Below are positions 26,408 through 40,021 of a stretch of 64,000 nt of DNA, piece after piece. The first letter of the stretch is position 1; the number at the start of each line of letters is the position of its first letter. Below the pieces are notes generated by a model that saw only the letters and a program-made list of their open reading frames with translations, made no database searches and was not told the origin of the DNA. This stretch comes from Lytechinus pictus. Taxonomy: Eukaryota. The translations under genes and the position numbers were made by a program. The stretch covers positions 21,764,001 to 21,828,000 of the forward strand of contig NC_087251.1 in the NCBI RefSeq assembly GCF_037042905.1, in the 5' to 3' direction.

Positions 26408-28219
26408 CAGTGCGTCCCAAAAAAAACTATACACTTTTTAAATGGCTGCCAAATAAAAAATGTAGCACTTTGGGGAAAAAGACTTACATATATGGAAAAC
26501 CAATAAAGTCAACTTTCAAATGACACCAAAAAGTTGGAAAACTATTCAGGCTTGAGCGAGCACTGCCCACTGAAACAAAGGGTATGAAAATTAGGGTGGG
26601 CTGGAATTAGCCTTCCAATTTATGTCAGTTTTTGAGAGGCAGCAAATCCTTGCGAACTTGCAAACTTAAGGGCGTTGTGATAAATTAATGATCAACCGTG
26701 ACCAGTTTTGGTTGCATAAGCACATTTTATAACTTAGTAAATTGAACTGAGCATGAGTGAACACAAATTACACTTTTGGGGCAGCATTTCAACTTTATTA
26801 TTTGGATATCTTTTTGGGCAGCATTTCAACTTTATCATGCGGATTTCAGCAATGTGTTCATGGGAGTCGGGAGAATAGGGGGTGAGATAGAACTTAAGTG
26901 GGAGAAGTAGGTTGATGGAATAAGGCTCAACAGAACATTCAGCCCCTGCCCCCTCCCTCTTTCCCGCCCTCCCCTCCTGTTGAGAGACTAATGGCTATTG
27001 TCATGTACGCGTGAAGTCCAGAGCAGAATGTTGATTTAATGATTAATTCTGAATTGGGGCATCAACTTTTTCCTATCAATCATTTAATCAACAATTTATC
27101 AGTAAATCAACTCATTCAATGTGCAATGTGATCAATCAAACATTCATTTTTTTCAATTAATTATTTCATTAATCATCATAATCATGAAATTTCTTGGTAA
27201 TCATTCAATAACAAAACTGACCATCAGCCGCCGGTCACTTGGCAGTTATAAGTTTTGAATACGCTACAATCCAGGAAGTGAGACAGAGAGAGGGGGGGGG
27301 CTGGGAAATGGTGGTGGAGAGGGGAGGGTACATATGACTTTTAATTTGTAATTTTTAAAGGACAAAAGGAAGAGGAATGCCCTTTTAACCAAGTCTTAGC
27401 ATATCTCGCCCTCTTGCTTGTAACAGGTACCATCACATTACTCTGACTCTCACGAACACACTTCTGAGGTCCACAAGATGAATATGCTACACTAAAATTA
27501 TAATTGCTGTTCACTCATGATTAAATTTCAATTTAGTAACTCATGAAATTTGCATAAGAAACCAAAACTTATCTCACTCATTAATTTAGCTTAGCAAGTT
27601 CCAAAGGACTAACCACTCAAAAAAAACTGTAAGGCTAATTCCTGCCCAGCCTAGCCGAGCTTAGTCTCTAAGGAGAGAAGCGGGGGGGGGGGGGGGGGGG
27701 GGGGGAAGGGGGGTTGAGATGGAGAGAGGGGTTGCTAAATGTTCTGTTGACCTTTATCCCATCAACGTACTTCACCTACCTAAGTCATATTACCCCCTCT
27801 TCTCCTGACTGTCATGAACACATTGTTGAGATCCACATGATAAAGACAAAATGCTGCACTAAAAATTGCAATTCATGATCACTCATGCTTTAAATTTCAA
27901 TTTAATAACGCATTAAATTTTCACAAACAATAAACTGATCACAACTGATCTTTAATTCACCAAATAACCCTCAACTTTGCATGTACCAAACAAAAAACCT
28001 GAAAGAAACTGGAAGGCTAATTCCGGCCCACCCTAATTTTCATACCCTTCGTTTCAGTGGGCAGTGCTCGCTCAAGCATGAATAGTTTTCCAACTTTTTG
28101 GTGTCATCTGAAAGTTGACTTTATTGGCTTTCCATATCTATAAGTCTTTTCCCCAAAAGTGATATATTTTTTATTTGGCAGCCATTTCAAAAGTGTATAG
28201 TTTTTTTTGGGACGCACTG
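26408..28219. mobile_element. Tc1/mariner-like long-TIR non-autonomous element, 1.8 kb
   Basis: TA|cagtgcgtcccaaaaaaaactatacactttt ... aaaagtgtatagttttttttgggacgcactg|TA. The outer IR is near-perfect over ~210 bp and a degenerate IR continues inward. Confidence 0.93.
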
Positions 28220-28396
28220 TATAAAATGCATTTCCTTCTTTTACATGTTTCATTTAATTCAAATCGTTTATTCTTTTACGGTAAAAAACATCAGAATATG
28301 TACATTCATGATATAAACAGCTGAAATATACATGCATATACAAGAAAAATGAATTAAATAAATAAGCATAACAAATTAAGATCACAACTATACATA

Positions 28397-29214
28397 CAGT
28401 GCGTCCCAGAAAAAACGAAACCGAGATTTAGCGATGATTTATCATAACTTAATCACAAATAAAATAGACAAATTACCTATCAATGTAAAGCTTAGAATCT
28501 CCTCTTTCATCTGATATTACTTAGATTATTTCTCCTTCACGCATGAGTGAGCAAAAACAATTTGAAGAGGGGATACCAAAAAGTCATTTGGCGGGTTGTA
28601 TCTGGCTTTTTAAAGGAAAACCACATTTTTTTAAAGTTCAATATCTGCTCTTTGATTTGATACCTCAATTACAGAAAATGGTCAAGAAATAACAAAGTTC
28701 TGGTTATTTGAAATAAGGCTTGAATTTCAATAATTTCATAAAATGAAGAGGTTTTACAGGCTAGCGTTCAAACTCACTCGACACTCCGTTTTGTTTATGA
28801 TCAGCCATGCATTAAGTCTTTTGTTAACCATGCGATAGCTTCTGTGGGAAACTGGTGAAAACAGTTTATTTAATGAAATTATGGAAATTCAAGCCTTATT
28901 TCAAATAACCAGAACTTTGTTATTTCTTGACCATTTTCTGTAATTGAGGTATCAAATTAAAGAGCAGATATTGAACTTTTAAGACATGTGATTTTCTTTT
29001 TGAAATTCAGATACCCCCGCCAAATGAGTTTTTGGTATCCTTTCTTCAAATTGTTTTTGCTCGCTTATGCGTGAATGAGGAATAATTTAAGTAATATCAG
29101 ATGAAAGAGGAGATTATAAGCTTTACATTGATAGGTCATTTGTCTATTGCATTTGTGATTAAGTTATGATAAATCATCGCTAAATCTCGGTTTCGTTTTT
29201 TCTGGGACGCACTG
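28397..29214. mobile_element. Tc1/mariner-like palindromic MITE, 818 bp
   Basis: TA|cagtgcgtcccagaaaaaacgaaaccgagatttagcgatg ... catcgctaaatctcggtttcgttttttctgggacgcactg|TA; arms ~345 bp. Confidence 0.93.
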
Positions 29215-30240
29215 TATAAGTGGAAAAGGGAACACCTGTAGAAAGCTTTTTAAAAGGCTTGTGAATGACAAGAGTCCAAAAAGTGAACAAAATACAGGTA
29301 AATGTTTACATATGTGTAGAGTGCAACAATGATAAATGGCACATGTATTTGAATTCAACATTTTGTCCCCCCCCCCATCTTCCCTGCCCCCTCACTCGGA
29401 TAACTGGGATGATTGATATTTTCACCCTATAAGGAATTAGCTTTTTTTTTCGCTTAGTCTTCTTAACATTTGCAGGTACACATCAAACAACTTTGCAACT
29501 TTTTTCTTTTAAACATATGCAAATATAATGAAATAACCATTTTTTTTTTACTTCTTCAATGAATTATATAACTGAGATGATTGATAATTAACATCCATAC
29601 TTATTCTCCATTACCTACCCTATCATAAATTCCAATAAAACTGATATTTGAATGCATATTTCATAGATCTATTTTCACCTTTGCCCTCAGTAATCAGCTT
29701 AATTCAAGTTTGGCATGACCACCTACGCTTTTACATGTATAGTTATCTCTCAAGAATAATGTGACCATTTTCTTGCCTACATGTGTGATCCTGTCTGAAT
29801 TCAAAACATGCATTTGTAACACACATTGGCCAAAGCAAAGAAAGGAGTTGATTTCTAAATTGGGAGGAAAGAGTAGACATAAATTACATTCTGAGGCAAG
29901 TGCATTGCTATGTCATTGATCGATTGTATTTTGTTATATTTTTTTAGCTCTATGATGTGAATTACTATAACAGTTTTTTGTTTTTGTTTTTTTTATCGAA
30001 GATTTGGTCATTTATTGGTTTTATTGATTACACATTTCTTATAATCCTGGTAACTAATTACTAATCAGAAAATTGAGCGCTTAGAAACATCTGTATTAAG
30101 TGCCTTATAAATGTTACACATGTAAGTGTTATTATAATTATTAACATCTTTCAGGCAATTATGCAAATGTCCTTTGAATGTACATATGATGAGGTATTCA
30201 CTCATTTATTAGCAGTTCTGAACTGTTCACATTCATGCCC

Positions 30241-30690
30241 CAGTATCATGCCATCATTTTACAGTATTCTTCTTTAGATATAAAGTCATCGATTGAGTGA
30301 TATCCTTAACAGACCTCTAACTGTCAACCTTGATTTTGGAGTTAACTTTACCAGAATTTCCTTATCTCATTGTCAAATACTGTACATGTAGTCAACCCCT
30401 ATAGCATCTTTGCCCATGTATCATACTATCATGTCACAGTAATCTCCATTTTAATTTATATTATAAACTGAACTCTAACCTTTGACTTTGATTTTGTGGT
30501 GAACTATATAGGTACAGTAGACAAATGTCTCCATATTAGTTTATTCTCATTTGTTACTGGAATTTTCGTATCTTGGTCAAATACTGTACATGTAGTCAAT
30601 ACCTGAATATCTATGCCTCTGCACCATGATACCATGTCGTAGTAATCATCTTTAGATATAAACTCATTGATTGAGTGCTATTCTTAACAT
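30241..30690 (+). repeat. Degenerate tandem duplication (~190-205 bp period)
   Basis: gtcaaatactgtacatgtagtcaa occurs at ~30373 and ~30576; tctttagatataaa.tcat.gattgagtg occurs at ~30271 and ~30649. Confidence 0.65.
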
Positions 30691-32449
30691 ACATGTAGCT
30701 CTTGCTTTTAACTTTAGATTGATCTGAGTTGAACAACATGAGTAGCTAAATGTATCAATATTTGCTTTAGTGGTCTCTTTTATTTTCAAGTCATAAGGCT
30801 TCTGAACCTTCAACCCTCCATATAAATTTATGTCACTGTACCATGCCAACCTGTTGAGGCAAACCTGTTACTCATAAGAGCCATTGCAAGGAATTACTAG
30901 CCATACCTGTTCCCAGATGTCCTCTTGTCATAAAATGGAAAGGGTGTCCGTATTTATATTAACCATCCTGAGATGTTTTCCTATATACTGTATGTATGAC
31001 CACCACAGCAGACTTACTAAGCTGGTGGACCCTAATTTGTCAGAGAAATCTTCCTCGGATATGAACTCATTGAACTAAAAAAATGTCTGCAATAGGCCCA
31101 TAGTCTCATTGTCTGATAATTAAGTCTCTATAATATCTATTTTGCAATGGTCCATAGATAAATAAAGATTTATTTTCTTTAGATATGTACTCATTTGGAT
31201 ATGAGTTTAGGATTTCAAAGGGGTTAAGTATGAGGAGCCAATCATGTCGAAATTTGTTCTTATTCTAATAGTGACCAATCTTATTCTGGATATGATTTTT
31301 TTTTATTGCAAATTCATTTTCATAGATATCAATTTATTTTGTGTTTGATTGGTCACTTACCCCAGCCGCCCAAACTGTATTTTTAAGAATTCCTGATGTT
31401 GTAAAATTATGTCATATTTTGATAAATCTTGAATGCAAACCATGGGTTGAACTCATCCCTTGGTTCAGAAATGGGCTGTTCTTATTAATTTGCATAATAC
31501 CATCATTTCATGTGGAATCTCCTTCTGACATTATCTGTTACTCAATCTCTATCTCCCTCCCTCGCTATCTCCCTTGCCACCTTCCATCTCCATGCGCTAC
31601 AGACAACGCTGAAGATCGAAATTGCTGCTGACGTAAAAAAGAAACAGAAAGAGGACAATGCCATTCAAGTTGAATTTCCAAACTTGAAAAGTGCCAAAAG
31701 CTGAAATTTGATTAGGGCTTATTATCGTAGGAAGATTATTTCTGTAGGGAATTTTCTTCTGCTGTAATGAATGGAACTGTGTCACATTATTCAGCCATGT
31801 TTGGAACATTTTCCTAATTCTGTATTGTTACAAGTCAAAAGGTAAAACCTTCCATTTTGTTGGTAGCTTCTAAAGAATCCTCCAGGCGTGCACGGTGCTC
31901 TTACAATGCCTCGGACAGTCTTCTCCCGGTCAGGTATATGCACCCTTTTATTATCTCAACTTCACTACCCTCTACCATATTTTTAGCTCATATTTTCTGC
32001 CCTCCTTTACTATCAAGAAGCTTGTGCCAGATTTTCAGGTGGGAAAGTTTTCTTGACGTGGTTTGGTATCCCGTAATTGAATCCACCCCACATTCTGTCA
32101 CAAGGAGCCTGACAAAATGTCAATTGTTCGGGCCCGCATTGCCAAATTAGAGAGCATCACAAATTAGTGGTTTACCATCGGTTCTTGATGAAAGAACGGC
32201 AAATTGAATGAGAAGTCCAAAGGTGATTTGTAATCGATTTGTCTTACATGTGCATTCAAACAAATGTTTGCTCTGTACAGGAGGCCAGGGGATGTATACA
32301 TGTAGAGGAGTTATAAGCTCTGGGCAATTATACCACCTTGCCAAAGGTGTGTCCATCTGCAATAAATATGTATGAAATGTATGCACAGAATAACGTAACA
32401 TTCATGCATACTTTTCATTCACAGGCTGTTTGAAAATTTATATATTGTT

Positions 32450-32535
32450 TGGCGTGTTTTCCTTCAGCAAGAAATTTATCCACATTGTGGTGCACTCAAC
32501 CCAGGTGAGGAAGATACCTGGTAGGAATTCATTCT
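32450..32535 (+). mobile_element. SINE internal fragment
   Basis: tggcgtgttttccttcagcaagaaatttatccacattgtggtgcactcaacccaggtgagg is the reverse complement of part of the adjacent SINE. Confidence 0.7.
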
Positions 32536-32542
32536 GCTAAAT

Positions 32543-32789
32543 ATAGGATATTTATATTGCGCACATATCCACCTTGTTAGGTGCTCAAGGCGCTCCTATA
32601 TTACCCGGCTAAGCTAGGCGTTCATAGCGCACACAGCTTTTTAAGGAATTACTTCCTACCGGTACCCATTTACCTCACCTGGGTTGAGTGCAGCACACTG
32701 TGGATCAGTTTCTTGCTGAAGGAAATTACGCCATGGCTGGGATTCGAACCCACGACCCTCTGTTTCAAAGTCCGAAGACTAATCCACTG
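32543..32789 (-). mobile_element. tRNA-derived SINE, near full length
   Basis: Minus strand reads cagtggattagtcttcgg...ggttcgaatcccagccatggc (B box), core cactcaacccaggtgaggtaaatgggtacc and tail gtgcgcaatataaat. Confidence 0.85.
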
Positions 32790-32925
32790 TATATATGTAA
32801 ATGTATGTGTGCGCTGTAAGTAATTACAGCTGCCAAGTTAAAGCTGGTGTATTAACATCCAAATTCTTTGGAAGTGCATAAACATGCTAGAATCATAATG
32901 TGACATATATGCTATACAAGAACTG

Positions 32926-33040
32926 ATTATTATTATTATTGTAATTATTATTATTATTATTGTAATTATTATTATTATTGTAATTATTATTATTATTATT
33001 GTAATTATTATTATTATTATTGTAATTATTATTATTACTA
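32926..33040 (+). repeat. (ATT)n microsatellite periodically interrupted by GTA
   Basis: (ATT)5-6 blocks separated by GTA five times. Confidence 0.95.
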
Positions 33041-34798
33041 TTTTTGGGCCCAAAATGGCTCATGTTGCATGGAATGCACCATTTCCTAAATACTACAGTT
33101 TTTATGGCAGCACACAAAAATGCTGTTTTTTTACACATAAAAGTATCATTTTGGAATTGTCAAAATGCAACATTGCATCTCTTCTGTGACTAATGCAAAC
33201 CAGGAATTTCCATGACAAATATCAATCACTTTTTCAATAATTGTTATGCTGTAGTATAAGTCAAAGAAAAAAGTTTAAATGGGATATGAATGACATTTTG
33301 AATTCTATTCATTTTTTCATCTGTGTACAATTTTCATCATCTGCTTTTATTACTAAAAAAAGTATATTTCATAATTATGATGGACATGTTAGCATCCCTC
33401 AGAGGAAATAAATAATCTCTGAAGTGCATGTGTTCTTGTCAGTTTCCATGTAAATGTGACAAATAATAACTTGCAAATTAAGATATATATTATTATCTAT
33501 ACAATAAGGGCAAAGAACATCTGTTCAATCATCACAACTAGAAAATGAGTAGATTTGTTTCCCCATGTGAGAGAAAGGAGTGGATAGCATCTCAATAAAA
33601 TCTCCTGCACTCACATCTGCCTCCTAAGAATTTATGTTATAAGTGTGGTAATAAATCATTCATTATCTGCATGGGCGTATCAATGTTTATCCTTCCAGTT
33701 AAAGGCATTCCCTTTGGTCACTATTGAGAAGAATTCCCTTTGAGATATTAAAATTTAATCCCAAGAAGTAGCAGTTACTACTAGAGATATTTGTGAGCTC
33801 TTTTAAATTATCAAAGGCATTGAATAATAAGAATAAATTTACAGATGAAATTTCATTATGAATAATTTGTCAAAATTGTAGAGTCTCAAACTTTATTAAA
33901 ATCTCTTTAATTATAATTCATATTGATCTATTCATTGAGTATACTATTTACTTAAGAGCAGGGTTATCAGAGAGTAATTAAACATGCATGTTAGTAAATA
34001 CTGTGAGGATATCAAAATACAGAATTAAAATCTACTGCCTTTATTGCTATATAGGTAAGCACTCCTTAAATAGTCTTTCTTCCATCATCGGAACTAGTGG
34101 ATCAGTTCTCATTTGGTTCAAATATAATGTAGATCTTTATTGGATAGCCTTTAACTTGATATAGAATCCCAAACTGTTGCCCGAGAACAATTTATTGTCA
34201 GTGAACAATTTATTTTCATTCAATTTCACATTCATAAATAAACAAAACGAAGATTGTGCCGAATGGCAAGGTGACGACCGAGGCAGGCCTTGTGCTGATT
34301 GTTCTTCCCATTCACTCTTCTACCCCGTTGCTTGTATTTACAATGCCGAGGCGGACAGAATCAATATTGTGTCTACGAGGATGAGGTGTTACCGCCCAAA
34401 TTCTCACACCCTAGCCATTGATAGCACTTCCTTGATTAAATCACATCCTGAGACTCAGTTAAGCACTGATATATTACACTCATTTCAGGAAGGGTGTCTG
34501 CACCTCTTTTTCTCTCTTAGTTTCTACTATGTCCATTTTAGTTTTTCGCCTGATTTACCCTGTTCCGGATGAGAGTATGTCATTCTCATTTTCTTCCTCT
34601 CTTGTCTTTTCTAGTAGGCCCTACATGCATTATTTTTTCAAATTCTCGCTTTTTATCGGATTTTTATTCTCTATCCTTTTACCTTTTTTCATACACTGTG
34701 TCTCATCTATAATCTTCACCTTTTCCTTCTACATCTTTACTTTCTGTTGTTTTCATCACTGTCTTTCATTCCGTTGTGGACTCTATCACTCTATTTAA

Positions 34799-35081
34799 AG
34801 GTCAAGTCCACCCCAGGAAAATGCTGACTTGAATAAATAGATAAAACTAGCGTAGTGCTGAAAATTTCATCAAAATCGGATGTAAAATAAGAAAGTTATG
34901 ACATTTTAAAGTTTCACTTATTTTTCACAAAACAGTGATATGCACAACTAGGTGAGTCTTTCGATGATGTCCATCACTCACTATTTATTTTGTTTTTAAT
35001 TGTTTGAATGATACAATATTTCATTTTTTATAGATTTGACAATAGGGACCAACTTGACTTGACTTGGGGTGGACTTGTCCT
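34799..35081. mobile_element. TTAA-type MITE (Kolobok-like), internally deleted
   Basis: TTAA|aggtcaagtccacccca ... tggggtggacttgtcct|TTAA. Confidence 0.88.
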
Positions 35082-36479
35082 TTAATTCATTCTCTCTAAT
35101 TCCTCCCATCATCCTCCTGCTTTTTTCCACTCCAATCATGACTCCTGACTTTTTTGTCGACAGCCAGCTGCCTGAAAGTCGGGAGGCGTTTGGCTGGAGC
35201 CTTGCAAGGGATAAAGAGCCTCAGAGTCCAGATAACATGTATCTCCAATAATACGTGCTATTTCCTTTACACTGTACATTAATGTGGCTGAAGCAAGCTA
35301 TTTGGGGTCCTTTGTATTATGGATGTTTGTAGAAAGAAGATTTATTCTAGTTTCCATGAATAATTGATGAGTAGAATCCATAGATATGTTCTGCTTTGAA
35401 ATCTAATTACTCGACACCTTATTGGGTGGTAGACATTTGGAGATGCCATAGGAGAAAACCATAGAATGATATGGTTTGTTATATTTCATTTAAGCATTAA
35501 AAACCTTAGTGATTGGTCCTTGTCGCATCATATGACCAATCACAGCTTTACATCATGATGATGTTGCTAAAGAAGGAAATTGTGCTGTACTATGATTAAT
35601 CTTTTTGTTTTATTGCACTCTACCATATTAATTTGTCCCTCAATGAGCTGGTAACTAGGTAACCCAGTGAAGCAAGCATTGTCCACAACTGTATTCTATT
35701 GAATATATTTTTACGTAAATATTAATTATACTTGTATGCATGTTTGTCATAGTAGTACATTTGATTTTACTCTGAGCTTGATTATCTGATGGTAGGTTGG
35801 AAGCCAGCAGATGATTTGAAAATTAAAAAAAAAAAAATATCATGTACCATTTCAATTCCCTTCTGAATTTACAGATTCCATAATTATCCTGCGTAATAAC
35901 TAATACTACTAATATTCATTGGGGTTTTCCCTTCTGAAAATAGTGTTATTCATGCCAATTCCATATCCATAGTGTTCACTAGTGCCTTTCCACGTGCATG
36001 GAATATATATTTTTTATCTTTACTAAAAATGAAATATACTTTGTAAATTGTAAATTGAAGATCCTAGAACAACCAGCATTATTCAAAACCATTCAAGTTT
36101 ATTTTGTAAAGGGCTGCACGAAATATTAGTAAAAAATTATTGTTTATCTTTTTCTAAAGGCTACTGATCTCTCTTTTTTCTGTCTCTTTCTTTCTTACTC
36201 TCTCTCTCTGTCTTTATCTCTCTCTCTCTCATTTGCCCTCTCTTTCTCAATATTCACTCCTTCCAACCTATCATTAAGAGATGAGAAATTGGCGCAGGTT
36301 GCTGCTAAATCTTCATCTCGATAATGCAAGCTACTGATACTTCAAGCTTTTGCAGGATCACCCATGTTTTCTAAGAAAAATCCTCTTTCACTTTTCGTGT
36401 GTTACCCTTTTCTTTCACCATTATTATAGTCCTATATACTGATTGGTATCTTTTGTCATAAATCAATTTGTGAGTGTAA

Positions 36480-37279
36480 GGGTGCGTTTATCCGCCACTT
36501 TTTTACCCTAGAATCATGATCTGAATCATGATTCAAATCATGATTCTGCAGAATCACGATTGCGTTTAGTCGAAATTGAATATAATCATGATTAGAATCA
36601 CAAACATGAAACACGAAAAAAGGGGCGTTTGGAAAGACGTTTCTGCAGAATCACGTACGAAAATGTTCGAATAAACGATATCGTGATTACAATCATGATT
36701 CTATGACCTCACTGTTGCGTCGGGCTACTTTCGGTTAATTGCCAAGCTCAAGGCGCTCTATATGCTCATTGTATGTGCATGATTATGTACTACGCATGCA
36801 TTTCATGTCATGTTCAAGTTCTGTGTTGGTCATCGCATCGTCCACTACTTTTCATTTTTTGGTCATGTCTTCAAGTTCTAGTAAATGAATTAACTGGACA
36901 GACAATGATCTCAGTAGTTGTTGAGTATACAGTATCAATATCAAATTGGATCTACGCTGAAATTCACTTCCGAACACCATTTTGGATAAATTAACAAGAT
37001 GAATAGAAGCATATGGACCCTATATGATAGAAGTAAACAAAATGAGGTATAGACTGAATTCTGGAAGCAAAAGATTTTTTGAGAGCCGAAACACGTGCGA
37101 AAAACTTCCTCTGTCAAACTGCGCACTAGTGATGCGCACTGGATTGGCCCGAATCTGAGGAGAAACAGCATTGGAATGAAGGTCGTCTAAACGCTGATTC
37201 TGTGATATTGTGATTCATGTTTGTGTTTTGAATCATGATTCAAATCATGATTCTGGCTTGAGGTCGCATAAACGCAGCC
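36480..37279 (+). mobile_element. PIF/Harbinger-like MITE family C, intact copy (800 bp)
   Basis: taa|gggtgcgtttat ... ataaacgcagcc|tag; many aatcatgatt palindromic motifs; homologous to both copies at 52458-53988. Confidence 0.9.
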
Positions 37280-37318
37280 TAGAAGAGATTCAAAGCAGAT
37301 TCATCTCGCAAACACTTG

Positions 37319-37738
37319 GGCCAGAATTCACAAAGGTGGTTTTTAAAACCATCGGTTGAACCCCATGGCTTATGCAGATTTCCTCTATAAATTACGCTTA
37401 TTTACCACGTTTATTAAAAAATGTCCAATGCTGATGCTCGCTTTTGTTACAGTGTGCCAAATTGATGCCTGTTGCTATGGTTAAAGACACTTTTTTATTC
37501 ATGAGTCCACTGTTTGAAGAGTGGGCTCATTAATTTAAAACAGTGGACTCATAAATGACATAGCGTGGATAACTACAGCAACAAGTGTCACTTTGGCGCA
37601 CTGTGACAAAAGTGCGTATCAGCAATTGGACATTTTTAAATATGCGCGGTAAATAAGCATAACTTATACAGGAAATCTGCATAAACCGTGGGTTCAAACG
37701 ATGGTTTAAAAAAAAAACCACCTTTGTGAAATCGGGCC
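37319..37738. mobile_element. Palindromic Harbinger-like MITE (~420 bp)
   Basis: ggccagaattcacaaaggtggttttt pairs with aaaaaccacctttgtgaaatcgggcc; the arms pair almost to the centre (~37525). Confidence 0.85.
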
Positions 37739-40021
37739 ATTGTCTTTTCTCTTTTTTTTTCATGAGTGGCTTTGATAAACAGCTTAAACGCAATCTTTCT
37801 CTGTGATTTTTTTTATCAAGTGGTTTGTTTGGGATGAACATGTAGAATATCTGAACTATACTTTAAGTGGCTTTATTTTTTTATTTTTTTGTATTTCACC
37901 TCATCAAAAGTAATTTGATTTCTCTAAGAAATATCATATGAACATTTTTTTAAACTGGATGATTAGACACCCCTTGCCTCATGATCACATATAAATGATA
38001 ATAAGGCAATATGTTTTGAAATTAAGTGAAATCATTGCTGGTTTTGTTAGCTTAATTTATTTTAATTCCTCCAAATAAAGAGTGGGAGTTTTATTCAATA
38101 ATTTTGTAAGATGCTTTGAATATGTCTCAAGTGATTCCCTCACTGTGTTTAAAATAATTTTATAATGTGTATTGTTTAGTTATTACATGCTTTAAATAGT
38201 TTTGTTTTATTTCTAGATCTCATTATTGATGTTATTCAGTTAAAAAAGGTTTGTCATCTTAATCTTTCAGTGATCCTTAAGAATTTTAGTTGTTATGAAC
38301 ATTTGTATTACTTGGTTTTGCAATATTGTTGTTTTTGTCCTACATGTTATGGAAAAATTTACAAACAGTTATACAATATATGTATATGGACACAATTTTA
38401 GATTGTATCTTATGTTTATCTCACATGCATTTATTTTGTGTTCTACCACTTTCTCATTTAGATTCCTAACAGGATTATGGGAGCATTTATATAAACGTAT
38501 CCATGAAATGAATCTTTGGAAGTCCAGTTCAGAAAATTTGATGATATTTCTAATTATGATTACGATCATTCTCTATTTTTGAGTTTATGAAATTGTTAGC
38601 CTTTAGATGAATGAGTGCTTGATAAATAAGTAATACAGGGATAATTCAACCTTGTATAAATAAATCAGCTTTAGGAATTCCCAAGTGAAATCCACTCTCC
38701 AATAATTACAATGAAATATGATATAGTTAATGACCTTGGGTCAAAAATAGTTATTACATCATAAAATATAGTATCTTCTATAAGTCTCTAAAAGACATCT
38801 AAAAGACATCCATTACTTCATGTACTTGGGAGATCTTCAATCAACTAATGCACCTAAAGAATGAGAGCAAGCAGCAGACTTAATATGGGCCAGTTGTTGC
38901 AATTATGCATTACATTGATTCTACCGAGCATTTGTCGGACTCTTGTAAAATATTTTTTTCATCTTTAAATTTTCATCTCAATTTCTATTGTGTGATTGTA
39001 TGTAGCACTGTAAATTTACCACAATGTGCACTCCATAAATACTCTAATTCATATCTGGCACATTGTTCTTTGGTAAGGTGCTATTCTAAATTAAGACCAA
39101 AAATGACTTGGCAATTGGTATAACTCCAAACTTTGTGTTTTCAGTGTGAGATTAAATTGCGAAATTTCTTCCAGTTGTAGTTAGAACAAACATCCACATA
39201 AAGCAATGGGACTCTACTTAAATCTGGCATGAATGTTTGACTTGAATAGAATTTTCAAATATGGCATTTACAGACAGTCATTACACAGGGGGATTTTTAG
39301 GATGACATTCCTTCTAAATGATACAGAATAAAACCTGTCTTAGCTGCCACCTGTCTATAGTGAAAATCTGTCTTTATTGGCCACCAAAATTGTCTCCCAA
39401 TTGAAATGATTACCTGCTTGTGTTATGAATGTGTCTATAAATGTCGTTTCCCATAGATGGCAGATAGGTTTGAATGCAACAGTTTTGAGTACTTAAATCA
39501 TTTATTTCTTATTATGTGCATTCACTCCTCTTTTCTTCTATTTCTATGAGCGGTCATTTCAATTCTTGATTTTATTAGGATCGACTTTTGAGACTCCACT
39601 CTGGTATTGACTTACCCTTTGGTGTACATAATCAACATAATTTTATAGGACTGTGCTATGGTTCATTGAATCTGTGAGCTATCAGTTACATACCCAAGGT
39701 CATCATTCTTTCTTAAAGAATGGTACTTTTCTCCGTCGCATGAACTCCCAGCCATCGATTGGGGTGATTTTATTTTTCTTTAGCTTTCATGTTATAGGTT
39801 TGGAGGGGAATCCATAGAATTCCCACCATTTTATGGCAACTTGAGGAATTGTCTGAAAGCAGCATTTCTCATAACTGAGTGATGTTTCATAAAGCTGCAC
39901 GAGTATAGCACGACTTTACCCATGGCTCTAGTGACCCTTTTTTTTGCGGCTAAATCAGATTTTCACTCATTTTGATTTCCATTAGCCACAGGTGAAATCT
40001 GATTTAAAAAAAAAAAATCAT

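Noticed and set aside
32838..33138. Poly-Ile and poly-Asn ORFs
   Set aside because: Translation of the (ATT)n microsatellite.
34177..34572. 131-aa ORF
   Set aside because: No domain motif or convincing splice boundaries; non-ATG start.
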